This document shows positions 9,841 through 20,855 of a stretch of DNA of 64,000 bases, in pieces. The stretch comes from Epithemia pelagica. Lineage: Eukaryota; Protista; Bacillariophyta. The stretch is from assembly GCA_946965045.2 (NCBI GenBank), contig OX337228.1:1426001-1490000 (forward strand), read 5' to 3'. Every line of letters begins with the position of its first letter. Position 1 is the first letter of the stretch. A model generated the notes under the pieces. That model was not told the DNA's origin, did not search any database, and was given only the letters and a program-made list of their open reading frames with translations. A program made the position numbers and the translations under genes.

Positions 9841-10839
9841 TTGGGAGGTCAATTCCTGATGGGTGACATTCCATGCAAAAGCGTCAAAAAAAGGGGTGAG
9901 ATGGAATGTTTCTTCAAGCAAGTCGAGGAGGAAATCATCAGCCAATCCCTGGCCAATAACAACAACAGGAACGAGAACAAGAAATCGATCGAGATCAAGA
10001 AACTCATGGAAAGCCTAAAAGAGTTCGACCTCCTGGTCATCCCCACCGATAAGACCAACTCTTTCGTCACGATGTCCAAACGCCAATACATAACAGAAAT
10101 CAACAAACACCTCTCCAAACGTGCAACCCAAGTCAGCCGTACCAAGCTGTCTGAAATACACGACAACTGCCACTCCTTCCTGACCGAACTGGACCGATAC
10201 CTGTCCAAGGACGAACGAGAATTTCTAAAAGAAAAAATTGGCTCCCGAGCCATTCCAGCTCCCAAAATCCTCGTAAAAGACCACAAAAAGAAGGACGCAG
10301 AAGACAAATTTCCAACTCGCCTTGTCGTACCAGCAACTAACTTTACTGCTGGATTCCCTAGAGTTGGATACCTCGGGATAAAAAACTTGTTCAAAATCCA
10401 TGGAGTCATCTTTGGACAACGCAACATCGTCCAAGCGTCAGACCTCAAATCAAAACTTGAGAGTCTCAACCTCAACAAATACAACTCAACAATTGTATCT
10501 GTCGACGCAGAGATGATGTACCCATCGATCAAGTTCTCTTTGATCTACGATGCAGTCCGTTACTACGCGGAAGCTCTTCCCCCGGAAACCACCAACCAAG
10601 TGAATGTATGTCTCGACCTCATCTTCTTCGGTATGTCCAATACGCTAATCGCCTTCCAAGACAAGTATTTTCTTTATGATGGCGACCTGCGACCCGAGGA
10701 ATGTGGGCTGACGATCGGCGGATACGAGTCCGCCTGGTTGGCAGACCTTGTTATGTCCTTCCTCCTCGGAGTGACATATGACAACATGTTCGATCCAATG
10801 GAATATTTTGGGGTCTACAGGGATGACGGCATTGCTATC
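9841..10839 (+). pseudogene. PLE reverse transcriptase, N-terminal half (to YRDDGIAI)
   Basis: Open frame with RT motifs; runs into the Copia LTR at 10840. Confidence 0.85.
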
Positions 10840-11117
10840 TGTCGTTGTGTTGGTGTTTAAAGAGGCGCTCGCTTCGAGGGAGTCAGGAGTGATGTTAATG
10901 GCCGTAACCGCTTGGGGTTGGTCACTGTCGGGTCTTTCGTTTGGAAGGTTCATGGTTGGTCCTAATAGTGGTGGAAGTAGAGAAACGTTTTGGTAGTGTT
11001 CGAAAGTTATGATATTACGATTAGGTCTAGAAGGTGATGGTGAGTGCTGAGGTCGATTTTGTATGTGAGAATTTATGAGACAGATGTTTTTCTGTCGGGC
11101 AGATGTTTGTTCCGACA
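10840..11117 (-). repeat. Copia 3' LTR
   Basis: 278 bp, 4 substitutions versus the 5' LTR; preceded on the minus strand by the short purine-rich GAGGGCGAG (putative PPT, 11118-11126). Confidence 0.95.
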
Positions 11118-11137
11118 CTCGCCCTCGACCGGGCGTC

Positions 11138-14100
11138 TTACCATCCCATGATTTTCTTACGGGAGGTTTCGAACAAGGTTGCGTCAAGTGGTTTCGTAAA
11201 ACAATCTCCGAGTTGTTCGTCAGTGGCGATTGGTTTCATTTGGATGCCGTTGGGTCCGTTGTTGAGTTTGGACCGGAACCAATGGTATTTGACCCCGATG
11301 TGTTTTGAGCGTGGTGTCATGCGAGGGGGGTCTTTCGTAGCGAGTTTCAATGCGGCTTGGTTGTCTTCCCAAATGGTGGTAATGGAAGTAGTGCCAGGTT
11401 GGGCGAGCTGGAGATGCGTAGTCATTTTCTTTAGTTGTCGTTGAAGTGGGAGTAATGTGCGCATGCTGGTACTGGCAGCGATATATTCTGCCTCCATTGT
11501 AGAGAGTGCGATCTCGGTTTGCAATTTGCTTGACCATGTCACAGGGGAACCGCCAAGAGAAATCAGGAAGCCGGTACGCGATCGTACACTAGAAGGATCT
11601 TGGGGGTCTTCGTTTCCCCAAATTCCGGCGAAATCTGCATCCACAAAACAGTCGAGATTTAGATCTTTCGAGGGCTTAAGTTTTAAGCCTTGATCACTTG
11701 TGCCCTGTAGGTATCTTCCAATTCGTTTTAAGGCTTCTCCGTGTGTCACTCGGGGATCGTTGCTGAATCGTGCTGCTTGGTGGATCGCAAAAGCACAATC
11801 TGGACGAGTATTGTTCCCAAGATACAATAGCATGCCGACCACGGAACGGTAGTTGAAGTCTTCAGAGAAAGGAGGCTTGTGTTTGTCTTTACCGAGTGTC
11901 TTTGTCGCGGGTGTTTTCTTTGGAGAGCTATCGTTGAGGCCCAGTGCTGAAATGATACTGCGAGTGAGGTGTGGTTGTGTGAGTGTCATACTCCCATCGC
12001 TCGAACGGGTAATCTGTACTCCGAGGTAAGTGGGCAAGTCTCCGAGGTGGTCGAAATCCATTTTCAATTTGGTGAGACCGTGTAACAACTCATCGACTGC
12101 TGCTTGATTTACTCCACAGATGATAGCATCGTCGACGTATGTCACCATGATACATACAGCCGTGCAGAAGAGACAAGGATCGTTGCCGTCCGGTGTGAGT
12201 CCAAGTGTTTCGAGCCGTGTTTTCAAGTAGTCATACCACAGTCGTGGTGCTCGACAGTCACCGTACAGGCTCTTGTTTACTTCAAGGATTTTCTCACTGT
12301 GGCCTTGCCCTTAGCCGGATGGTAAATTGACGTAGATGGGCTCGGGCAAACTGGATTGGACGAAGGCATTTTTGAAGTCGATTGAGGCTGTAACCAGGTT
12401 GTGCTGCAGTGATAGAATCAACAATAAACGAACAGAGGGCCAGTCAATGACGGGTGCGAAAGTGTCCTCCTTGTCGAATGTGGCCTTCTGTTGGTCGCCT
12501 CGAACCACCAGGCGTGCCTTGTAACGGGAGATGGTACCGTCGGGGAGACGCTTCCTTTTGAGTGTCCACATTGTATCTACAATCTCTTTGCCTTTGGCGT
12601 TGCTTCGTGGGACAAGACGAAAGGTCCCTTTTCCTTCCAATTCATCCAATTCACGGTCCATGGCGATGAACCATTTCTCTTGTTCCTCAGGAGTCATTCG
12701 TGGTAAATCAAAGTAGGAGGGGTTGTCGGCATCAAACGATTTGGAAGCGAAATAACGTGGATCCCAATCGTCAATCAACTGTTGAGCGGTGGTGGCTTGG
12801 AGAGAGAAGGATCGATCGTTGAGGTAGCACGGTTCGCCCAGATCAGGATCGCTCCAGTGAGTCCAATCGAGAGCGTTGGCCATGGTAGCGAAAGTGGAGG
12901 CATCGTGGTTGACAGAAGTTGTTGAAAGGAAGAAATTGGCGTCGTGGGCAAAGGTGCTGTGGTGACGAAGGCAGTGCGTACTCCAGCTGCTGTCGTCGGA
13001 CGGGAGATCGAAACGGACGTGGCGTTCAGGGTCGGGAAATCGTCGTGTTTGGGGACGATTGCGACGAGAGCGACGTGGTGCCAATGGTTCCAACTGTGGC
13101 TCGCCCGTTTCGTTTGGGAGTTCCAACTCTGGCTCGCCCGTTTCGTCGACGGGTTCCAACTGTGGCTCGCCCGGTTCGACCGGAGGTGGAGGTGGTGGTT
13201 CCAACTCTGGCTCGTCCAACTCCAAAACGGTGGGTTCCAAGTCGTGTCCTGGTGGGTTGCCAAGTGGGAACTCTGTCTGTACTTGTGGTTGTGGTTGTTG
13301 CTCGCCCTCGACAGCTTGAGGATCGGACGGAGGGAGCATGGTGTCGATGTTGGAATCACTTGGAGGCAACCAGGATGGGTCCAAAGGTGGCAAGGGACCG
13401 TCAATGCTGGAATCGTGGTCTTCAAGGTAGTGGTCACGTGTGACAAAATCGGGAAAATCAGCGCCGTCGGATGGTGGTGTCCAATTGCTGTGGACTGTGT
13501 GAAACAACTCATCGTGGACGACGTGAAATTGTGGACTGATGTGGTTGGTAGTAAGATTTCGAATCAGGCCCACCGTCGTCAAGTGCTGGTTGGAGAAACC
13601 CAAGAATTGTCCTTGGCGGGCTCGAGAGTTCCAATTTGGGAGTTTCTTGCCGTCTTGGATACGTGGATCAAGAACGTAGGAAGGGCAGCCCCACACGCGG
13701 AGACGACGAAGTTGAGTACAGGGTTCCTTCAACCCGGTAAAGATTTCAATGGGAGACAAGGTGGAGTCTTCAGTGGGAGTGTGGTTGTAGATCCACGTGG
13801 CGTAGTCTAATGCCATGGGCCACAATGTCGGAGAGAAACCATCAGGCCAGTGAAGGTGGCAATGGATCATCATGGTGCGAGCCATGCTCGTCACGGTTTG
13901 TATGGCCCTTTCCGCGCCCCCATTTTGGTGGTGAGCGCCGACGCCTGAAACGGTGTGGAGTGGTGGTGGTGTTTGAACCCGATCGGCGCGTAGAGATTTC
14001 TCAAAGGCAGTACTTGTGAGGATGCCATTGTCGGTGTGATGGCGACAAATGGTTCGACCAACCTGGGAGGCGAATGTTTCGAACGTAAACTTGGACCGAA

Positions 14101-16072
14101 TTGTGTCGCTGCCTCCAAGGGACACTTGTGGATAGACGAAAATGGCTCTTGAAGCGTGATCGAAAAATAGGGTGCCGCCACAGAAGCGATGTTCTGGACG
14201 TTCGCGTCCTCTGGTATTGTAAAGTCGTCCTCGGACCGAGGATTCAAAATGATCAATAGACACCAATCCACCGGGTTCGAGTTTGCTACGGTCAGTTGGG
14301 ATGTGTCCTGCATCTGGTCGAGGCGTCTTTACTGTTGCTTTGGATGGTCGACGACGTGCCTTTCCCAATAAACAAGCGTGACATTTGGGAAGAGGACAGT
14401 TAAGGCAACCTGGAGTCCTTGGTTTCAAACATGATTCGGGGCTGATCTCTTGACAATGGTATAGATTTTGGATTCGGCGCATGCCCAAGTGTCCAAGGCG
14501 TTGGTGATCCAACAAAAGGTGTTTCTGAGCCGTTGTAAGGTTGCGGTTGTTGTCCGAAAAGAGCTCCGAAGGATGTCCCTGTTGTTGGTGAAAAGCTTCT
14601 GCTAAGGTAACGGTGGTTCGAGAGGGTGCCTGTTGAAGAGGACATTGACACCAGTTGGCGTTTCCACACTTGCAACTCGGATCAGTGTTGTGACTGATGA
14701 CGTTTGGTTGTTTGTGCACGTTCTTCGCTTTCACGAGAGGAAGATTGGTTGAATGGTCAATAGGTACGGTCAGACGACCACCAATGGCATCTGTCTTGAT
14801 ACTTGCGAAGACGTGGTTGCTTTCAAAACTCGGGAAGCGACGGTCCAGATTCAAATAATCGGCACAGACTTGTGGTGAGCAGAGTCGCGTCCCAGCGGCT
14901 TTACATAGATTGGCTGGAAAGGTCCATCGTAACAAGTCGCCGTTTTCACTGATGGCGTCATACGCAACAATGCCGGCTCCGATGATTGGAAATTTGTTCT
15001 CGTTGGCAGCAGTCGACATGGCTCCAAAATTCCCGTATGTCAATTCGACAAAGTCGTCGGTGGACATCGTCAGTCCATGTGAAGCGCCAGTATCCAAAAT
15101 GATTTGGAGTAAAGGATCGTTTCCGACGTTAATGGAGGGGTCGAGGTGCATCGTGGGATCCAGTCTCAAGTTGAAAAGTTTGGAGTATGTGGTAGGTGTC
15201 ATGCAGTTGAAACGTAAAAGATTGCTGAAATCGTCACCGAGTTCGTGGATTTCCAAATCATCTGGATGGCGAATCGTGGCTTGAGGAACCGAACAAAAAG
15301 GTGCTTGAGTGAACATGTGGTCGCGAAGGATTTTGTCGAACAGTGTACCGAATCCTGTGAGATGTAAGTATCTTGATTTTGGAATAAAGGGTTCCGAATC
15401 AGTGTCGAAGCCGAGGGAATCGATCAAGGTAGTCCAACGTGGAGAGTCTGCAACGAAGAATGTCTCAAAGAGTTGACTGGCGACCTGTGTATCGGTCAAA
15501 TTGTTCACGTACGTTTCCCATAATTCAAAACGTCGTCTTGCTCGGAGATGTTTGCGTCGAATCTCGCCCCAGAACCGAAAAGGGCGTCGAAAGATTTGAC
15601 GTCCGAGAGGGTATGTACTAGAAGCAAAACGAAGTTGACGACGGTGAATGGCACAAGTGGAGCTTGGAGTGAGAGCAATTGCGTGGTCAAGGATCAACAG
15701 CCGAGAGTCGAAACCGCTTGGAGGAAAGGCATGAGGAAGTAGGAAGTCCGAATCGAGCCGAGCCAAATAAGGAGGAAGAGAGGACACAGCCGTGGGAGCA
15801 AAGAAACCAGTTACACCAATCAACCAAGAGTCGCAGACCGTCGAAACGAGAATCCAAAGGTAAAAGAGAGAACCAAGTCGTCGCGTCCGAAAGGAATGAA
15901 ACCGAGTGTGTAGTAAAGGAACCAACAATAAGACTGTCAGAGTGAGGACCAAGGGGCCGAACCAGGACCAAAGGTAAAGGCTGGACAGGGACCAAAGGCC
16001 ATAGCACCACGACAGAATCTCCATGTAAGTGGGAAAAGGGGCGTGCGAGCACTGGAGAGATGCTCGCCCCAT
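11138..16072 (-). pseudogene. pol: Copia pol (protease-integrase-RT-RNase H) with one in-frame TAA at 12311-12313
   Basis: PR IILDTGASHG; integrase HQRLGH..CHAC, SIDHFE, HTDNG, QNGGAER; RT RYKARLVVRG, SIDFKNAFVQS, YVDD; RH DCFVDADFAG, STMEAEY, IWEDN, QLGDCFTK. ORFs 12311-16072 and 11138-12226 share one frame (LPSG*GQGHSEKILEVNKSLYG). Confidence 0.93.
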
Positions 16073-16081
16073 TAAAAATCC
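16011..16081 (-). promoter_or_regulatory. Candidate -1 programmed ribosomal frameshift signal (slippery heptamer plus stem-loop/pseudoknot)
   Basis: Minus strand reads CGG GAT TTT TAA TG: G GAT TTT (16081-16075) directly precedes the gag stop, and pol is in the -1 frame. Stem GCGAGCA (16067-16061)/TGCTCGC (16051-16045); loop TCTCCA is complementary to downstream TGGAGA. Confidence 0.6.
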
Positions 16082-17905
16082 CGTAGGCGAAGAGAGGACA
16101 CCGAAGCCGTCACACCGCTCGGAGAAGACGTCGAGGGGGAAGAAGGAGCAGTATCAGAGCCGTCATTCGGAGACGAGTCAGCAGCAGTGGTGGTATTGGC
16201 TGAATTGGTTGTTGTCTCGGATGCATGGGCTTGGGTACGACGAGCCTTGACTTGGGACGGATCGTGGCGAGATGTACTGTGGTTGCCCCATCGTCCCAAA
16301 CCATCTTCAGTACCATTGGGGCATAAGGCACACCACCAAGTTTTGCGATCCTTGTTCAGTGGGTGAGCGCGCCAGTTGGGTTCGCCGTCCTTGGGAGGTG
16401 TCGTGTCAATAGGAAGACGGTTGCGACGACCATTGCCAGAGTCTGAAGTTTTCTTGCTGTCGGACAGTTTCTTGCTGGAGCTTGTGAAGGAGGAGCTGTC
16501 ATAGCTACTCGTGGGTAACCATTTGTTGGCGATTAAAAGGTCATTGTACTTGAGGATCACACGTTCACGGAGAGCCACGAAATCAAGAAGAAATGGGTCG
16601 TCATTGTTCTCGAGATTGTCCAAAAGACTCACGAACTTGGGAACTGTGCATGTTTGTAGTTGCACAAAGAAAATGTTGGCAACGTCCTTCGGGACATGGC
16701 CACTCACATTGAGGCGCATAATAGCGTTGTTGAACGTGGCGCAAAAGTTGGGAATGTTTTCACCGGAATAGTTGGTTACGGAGTGAGATTCCAAACGGCG
16801 AACAATGTGACGGGCAGCCTCGTGGGTAGTGGACATCATCTGGTTGAGGATCATGTGGAGGATGAGCGGTCCACCTTGTTCATTCTGAGGGATTGACACC
16901 AAGCGATGTTCAATATCGGAACGAAGCGTTGAATCACACAAGGCAAGTAGCATCTCCTGTGTCCAGGACAAATTCTGAGGATGAATCTTCTCACTTGTGT
17001 TCTCAGCGTAAGCTTGGTTGCTAAGACGAACTTGGGCCTCAGAAATGGTACAAGCGGACTCAAGCAAGTTCGTAGTAGCCTTGGATTCATCAAGCGTGCC
17101 GGTAATCGGGTCGATGGGAAGGACTTGAAAGACGGATTGCATGCAATAGCTAGTTAAGCGCCCCTTTAGGTTGAAAAGTTGCATCATCACCTTGTTGTTA
17201 TTCCCGAAGAAATCAGTGTCTTCCGTGATACGAATGCTGGCTGTTTCCAGAGTAAATGGAGGTGAGAGAGCAGTCACGGCTTCGTTACGAAACTCAAACA
17301 GATTCTTCCCGCCAAGGGACTCGCGATACTTGGGCGTTACCGTGTCGGCGAAAGCTCCAAGTTCAAAGGCGCGACTCTTCTTCGCCGTAAACGTGATTCC
17401 ATTGATCGTAGCGGTGTCGCCGCCCATGGTCGGTTCAGTGGCCTTTGTAGGCGTGGAGAAAGGGGTGTTAAGCTTCATTGTTGTTGTTCTTGGCGGTGAA
17501 GGTAGCTTCAGAGAGTTTCCAGGTACCAAATGTTGCTTTGGTTGTGCAATGAGGACGTTCCAATGAAAACTGATTTGTGAAGCGGTCGTGAAAGTGGTAG
17601 ACTCAAAGGAATCTGAATCACACTTCACCTTGAAAGGTAGCGGATACAATCGGTTGGGAGTCAAGGGCTTTGTTTTCTTGAGTCTCTCCACGATTCGAGG
17701 GTTAAGTAAAGAAAGAGAACCTTGCATGTTCCAAAGCGAGTATGTGAGAAAGAGTATCAACACCCAGCGGTAGCGTTTGGGCTCATAACCTGTCGTTGTG
17801 TTGGTGTTTAAAGAGGCGCTCGCTTCGAGGGAGTCAGGAGTGATCTTAATGGCCGTAACCGCTTGGGGTTGGTCATTGTCGGGTCTTTCGTTTGGAAGGT
17901 TCATG
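16072..17905 (-). CDS. gag: Copia gag
   Basis: Long open frame ending ...LRDF* at 16072; capsid-like GPLILHMIL, YSGENI and a C-terminal WWCALC..WGNHSTSRH motif. True start codon uncertain because the frame is open through the whole 5' LTR. Confidence 0.8.
17779..17790 (-). promoter_or_regulatory. Primer-binding site, half-tRNA (initiator tRNA-Met) type
   Basis: GGTTATGAGCCC immediately follows the 5' LTR; complementary to the GGGCUCAUAACC anticodon arm of initiator tRNA-Met, as in Drosophila copia-type priming. Confidence 0.85.
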
Positions 17906-18068
17906 GTTGGTCCTAATAGTGGTGGAAGTAGAGATACGTTTTGGTAGTGTTCGAAAGTTATGATATTACGATTAGGTCTAGAAGGTGATGGTGAGTGCTG
18001 AGGTCGATTTTGTATGTGAGAATTTATGAGACAGATGTTTTTCTGTCGGGCAGATGTTTGTTTCGACA
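17791..18068 (-). repeat. Copia 5' LTR
   Basis: 278 bp, ~98.6% identical to 10840-11117. Confidence 0.95.
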
Positions 18069-18073
18069 CTATC

Positions 18074-19663
18074 TTCAAAGGGATCAAGACCCCAGACGAC
18101 ATCCAGAAATGGCTGGACAATTTTCAAGCCGACGTCAACGACATTGCAGGAAATGAGTTCCTTAAATTTACGGCAGTCGTTTGGGACCCAGATAACTCCC
18201 ACCCAGGTTGGTCCACAAGTACTTCTACGATCGACCAGAACCCGTTCTTCCCTTTCCTTGACATGCAACTCTCTTGGTCTGAAAACGGTGACCTAACCTT
18301 TGGAGTCTTCATTAAACCCAACCAACAATTGAAGTACCTTAACAAAGGGAGCTCCCATACACCCGGTTGCTTCAAAGCAATCCCCAAGGGTGTACTCCAC
18401 AGGCTCACCAAACTAACAACCATCAACGACGACAACAAAGGAAAAAGGATTGACGAGATCTACCCAGTGTACATCACAGCCCTCACCAAATCTGAACTAG
18501 TCAAAACAGACGACCTTCCTACCTTGGGCGACCTACAAACAGAGAGAGAGAAAGAATTGGCTGACACAACCACCCAAGCCATCAAGAAACAACGCCAAAG
18601 AGATCGCAAACGAGCCATCTACTTTAAAATTGGTTTCTCCAACTACTGGGGAAAGCCAATCCACAAGTTGATTAAAGACATCAAAAAGAAATTCCCGTCC
18701 TTGTCTTGGCTCCGAGTATCAATGTCTTATCACCGGTTCGTCAATCTACGAGAACTATTCCAAGGAGACCTCAACGCCAAAATCTCAGAAGGAATCAAGT
18801 CTTTAGATTTCGAAAACTTGGACTGCAATTGCAAGAAACCTGAGAACTGTCCCTACAAAGGCAAATGCCGCCGCGCAATTGTGGTCTATAAAGCGACCTG
18901 CCTGAAAACAGGCAAACAATATATTGGTAACACCCAGCAATACGTCAAGAAACGCATTCAACAACACGTCCAGGACGTCAAGAACCTCGTCCTCAACGAA
19001 AAGAACTCGGACTCCTTTGCCTCCCACTTTGCAGGTCTTGTCCCACCCAACACGACCCGTAAAGACATCAAGAACCACATTGCCATCAAAATCGACCTTC
19101 TATGGCAAGGGCAAGCCCTCTCCACAGTCAAAGCCTTTTGAACCAAAGGGTGTAAGCTATGTGCGAAGGAACGGCTCGAGATTCTGAAATTCACCCGCTC
19201 CAACCCTCGATTGGCCATCAACAAGTGCAACGAAATCTACGGGGCTTGTCGCCACAAACCGCGATTTCATCGGTTCCCGGTCAACAAGCAGAATCCCAGC
19301 ACTGATGAGTCTCTACTAGACGAAAGAGTCCCCATCTGTCGCCCAACATCAACAACCTCCAACGCTTCGAGTGCCACCGCTTTCTCATGGTGCTCCTCCA
19401 CAACGTCGAAAAGCTCTGCCCCAAATGATGATTTGGACCAGTTCGATGACAGGAGGAGCAGTAACCTCATAGAGGCTGTCCCCCCCATGTCATATATCGA
19501 ACGGCGCATGGAAGGCCTACGTGCCAGGTTCTCCTTTAGTTCACCCAAGGACACCCCTCCAGTGATGGTCGTGAACAATCCCAACCAAGAGGACCTACCC
19601 ATTGCTGAAGAACTGGTAGCTGATGGTGCAGACGACGACGGCGTGCGGGTGGATACAATTTAG
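18074..19663 (+). pseudogene. PLE RT thumb + GIY-YIG endonuclease, C-terminal half, with one in-frame TGA at 19139-19141
   Basis: Reads FKGIKTPDD... to ...STVKAF*TKGCKLCAKERLEILK...EIYGACRHKPRFHRF; same frame continues to 19663. Confidence 0.85.
19302..19330 (+). ncRNA. Hammerhead-ribozyme core-like motif near the PLE 3' end
   Basis: CTGATGA-GTC(tctacta)GAC-GAAA: conserved core plus stem II. Stems I and III could not be completed locally. Confidence 0.45.
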
Positions 19664-20075
19664 CTTGTCCTAGGACACAACAGCACGCGTTTAGCGAGCC
19701 TACCAAAAGGTAGAAAACCAAACCTAGGTTGAGATAGACCCTAAACTAGTATCCACACTCTTTGCTGTTTTCGGTTTTCGATCTATTCTTCCACATCGCT
19801 GCAAAGTATCTTTAATGAAGGAAAACGGTTTGACCTAAATTCCTAAACTCCTTCCCCCCTCAAATAGGATTTTAGGACAAACCGTGTTGACCCCCATTTT
19901 ATCCTAAACTTATTCGTAGTCTGACCTGCGTAGGAGCTAGCACATCTACCTTGATCTGTATACAGGTTCCGAATCCAATCGAGATACGCACATAGCATAA
20001 CGAGAATTTGGCAATGCGATCAATTTTTTGTTCTCGTCACAAGAGTGAAGCAGCAATCAAAAAGAATCCCGAACG

Positions 20076-20804
20076 ATGTCGACGCAAGAACAAGACCCCC
20101 AACCTACTGGAACCGAAGACGCCAACACGAATTCTGGCGAACCAAAGAAGCAGAAGGGTCGGAAGAGGGGATCCGCGAGGTGGGGCAAAGAGGAGACCGA
20201 TCTCATGCTGACGATCGTTGAAGAACTCTGTCCCGCAGGCGACGACAAGTGGAAGGAGGCTGCAGGAGAACTCTACGAAGCTTCCACCGGCAAGTATCGC
20301 CGGGACGGTAACGCTGTGAAGCGCAAGTTCGAGAAAATGTCCATGGGAAAAAAGCCTACGGGTGCAACAGTTCCACCCAATACCGTCGTACGAGCGAAGC
20401 ACATCAAGGATCATATTGCTTTGAAAGAGGGTGTTGGGCACTCAGGGCAGAATGACTCTGATGATGATGAAAATAGCCAAGAGGGCAACAAAGAGGAGAA
20501 AGGAGTGCAGATTCTCAAGCGTTCGGAGTCGGGCCGTCCCTTGACCAAGAAGCGCAAATCGACGTTGCTGAACGAAGCACTCGATCGTCTTGGTGAGCAG
20601 CAGAAGGAGTCCACAAAGATCCTTGCCACTGTTGGTGCAGCCCCTACTGCAGCGACTCCCAGCAGTACTACAATGGAGCGCATGGATGTGGTGGAAGAGA
20701 AACTGCAGCGCATGGACGAGAAAATGGACAGCAAGCTGGCTGCCATTCTCAAAGCGATCCAGCAGAACGAGAAGCAATTTTCTATAGAACACATGCTAGA
20801 GTAG
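20076..20804 (+). CDS. Harbinger-associated Myb/SANT(trihelix)-like DNA-binding protein
   Basis: 242 aa; RWGKEETDLMLTIVEELCPAGDDKWKEAAGEL...VKRKF helical Trp pattern; C-terminal coiled-coil. Confidence 0.8.
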   Translation: MSTQEQDPQPTGTEDANTNSGEPKKQKGRKRGSARWGKEETDLMLTIVEELCPAGDDKWKEAAGELYEASTGKYRRDGNAVKRKFEKMSMGKKPTGATVPPNTVVRAKHIKDHIALKEGVGHSGQNDSDDDENSQEGNKEEKGVQILKRSESGRPLTKKRKSTLLNEALDRLGEQQKESTKILATVGAAPTAATPSSTTMERMDVVEEKLQRMDEKMDSKLAAILKAIQQNEKQFSIEHMLE

Positions 20805-20855
20805 AAAAAACGAAGGTTCTATTTATTACTAGTCATTGACTTCTTCATCATCATC

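Larger units (their letters stand above)
10840..18068 (-). mobile_element. Full-length Ty1/Copia LTR retrotransposon (7229 bp)
   Basis: 278-bp LTRs at 10840-11117 and 17791-18068, TG...CA with TGTCG/CGACA termini; 5-bp TSD CTATC at 10835-10839 and 18069-18073; domain order gag-PR-IN-RT-RH. Confidence 0.97.
9821..19663 (+). mobile_element. Penelope-like retroelement (RT + C-terminal GIY-YIG endonuclease), probably 5'-truncated, interrupted by a Copia insertion
   Basis: 5' part 9841-10839 encodes RT (PTDKT, GLTIGGYESAWLADL, YRDDG). 3' part from 18074 encodes the RT thumb (PFLDM, VFIKP), CNC..CPYKGKC linker, VYKATC..YIGNT (GIY-YIG) and CKLC..ER..N..EIYGACRH. The halves join in frame when the Copia and one TSD copy are removed. 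Ends are uncertain. Confidence 0.88.

Noticed and set aside
10645-11187. 180-aa minus-strand ORF nearly identical to the start of ORF 16072-18120
   Set aside because: It is the LTR read in the same frame in both copies, running into PLE sequence; not an independent gene
12919-13810. Long plus-strand ORFs antisense to Copia pol
   Set aside because: Shadow ORFs over a repetitive Pro/Glu linker; no motifs
17906-18120. N-terminal part of the listed 682-aa gag ORF
   Set aside because: Begins outside the element, in antisense PLE sequence, and crosses the LTR start; cannot be the real N-terminus
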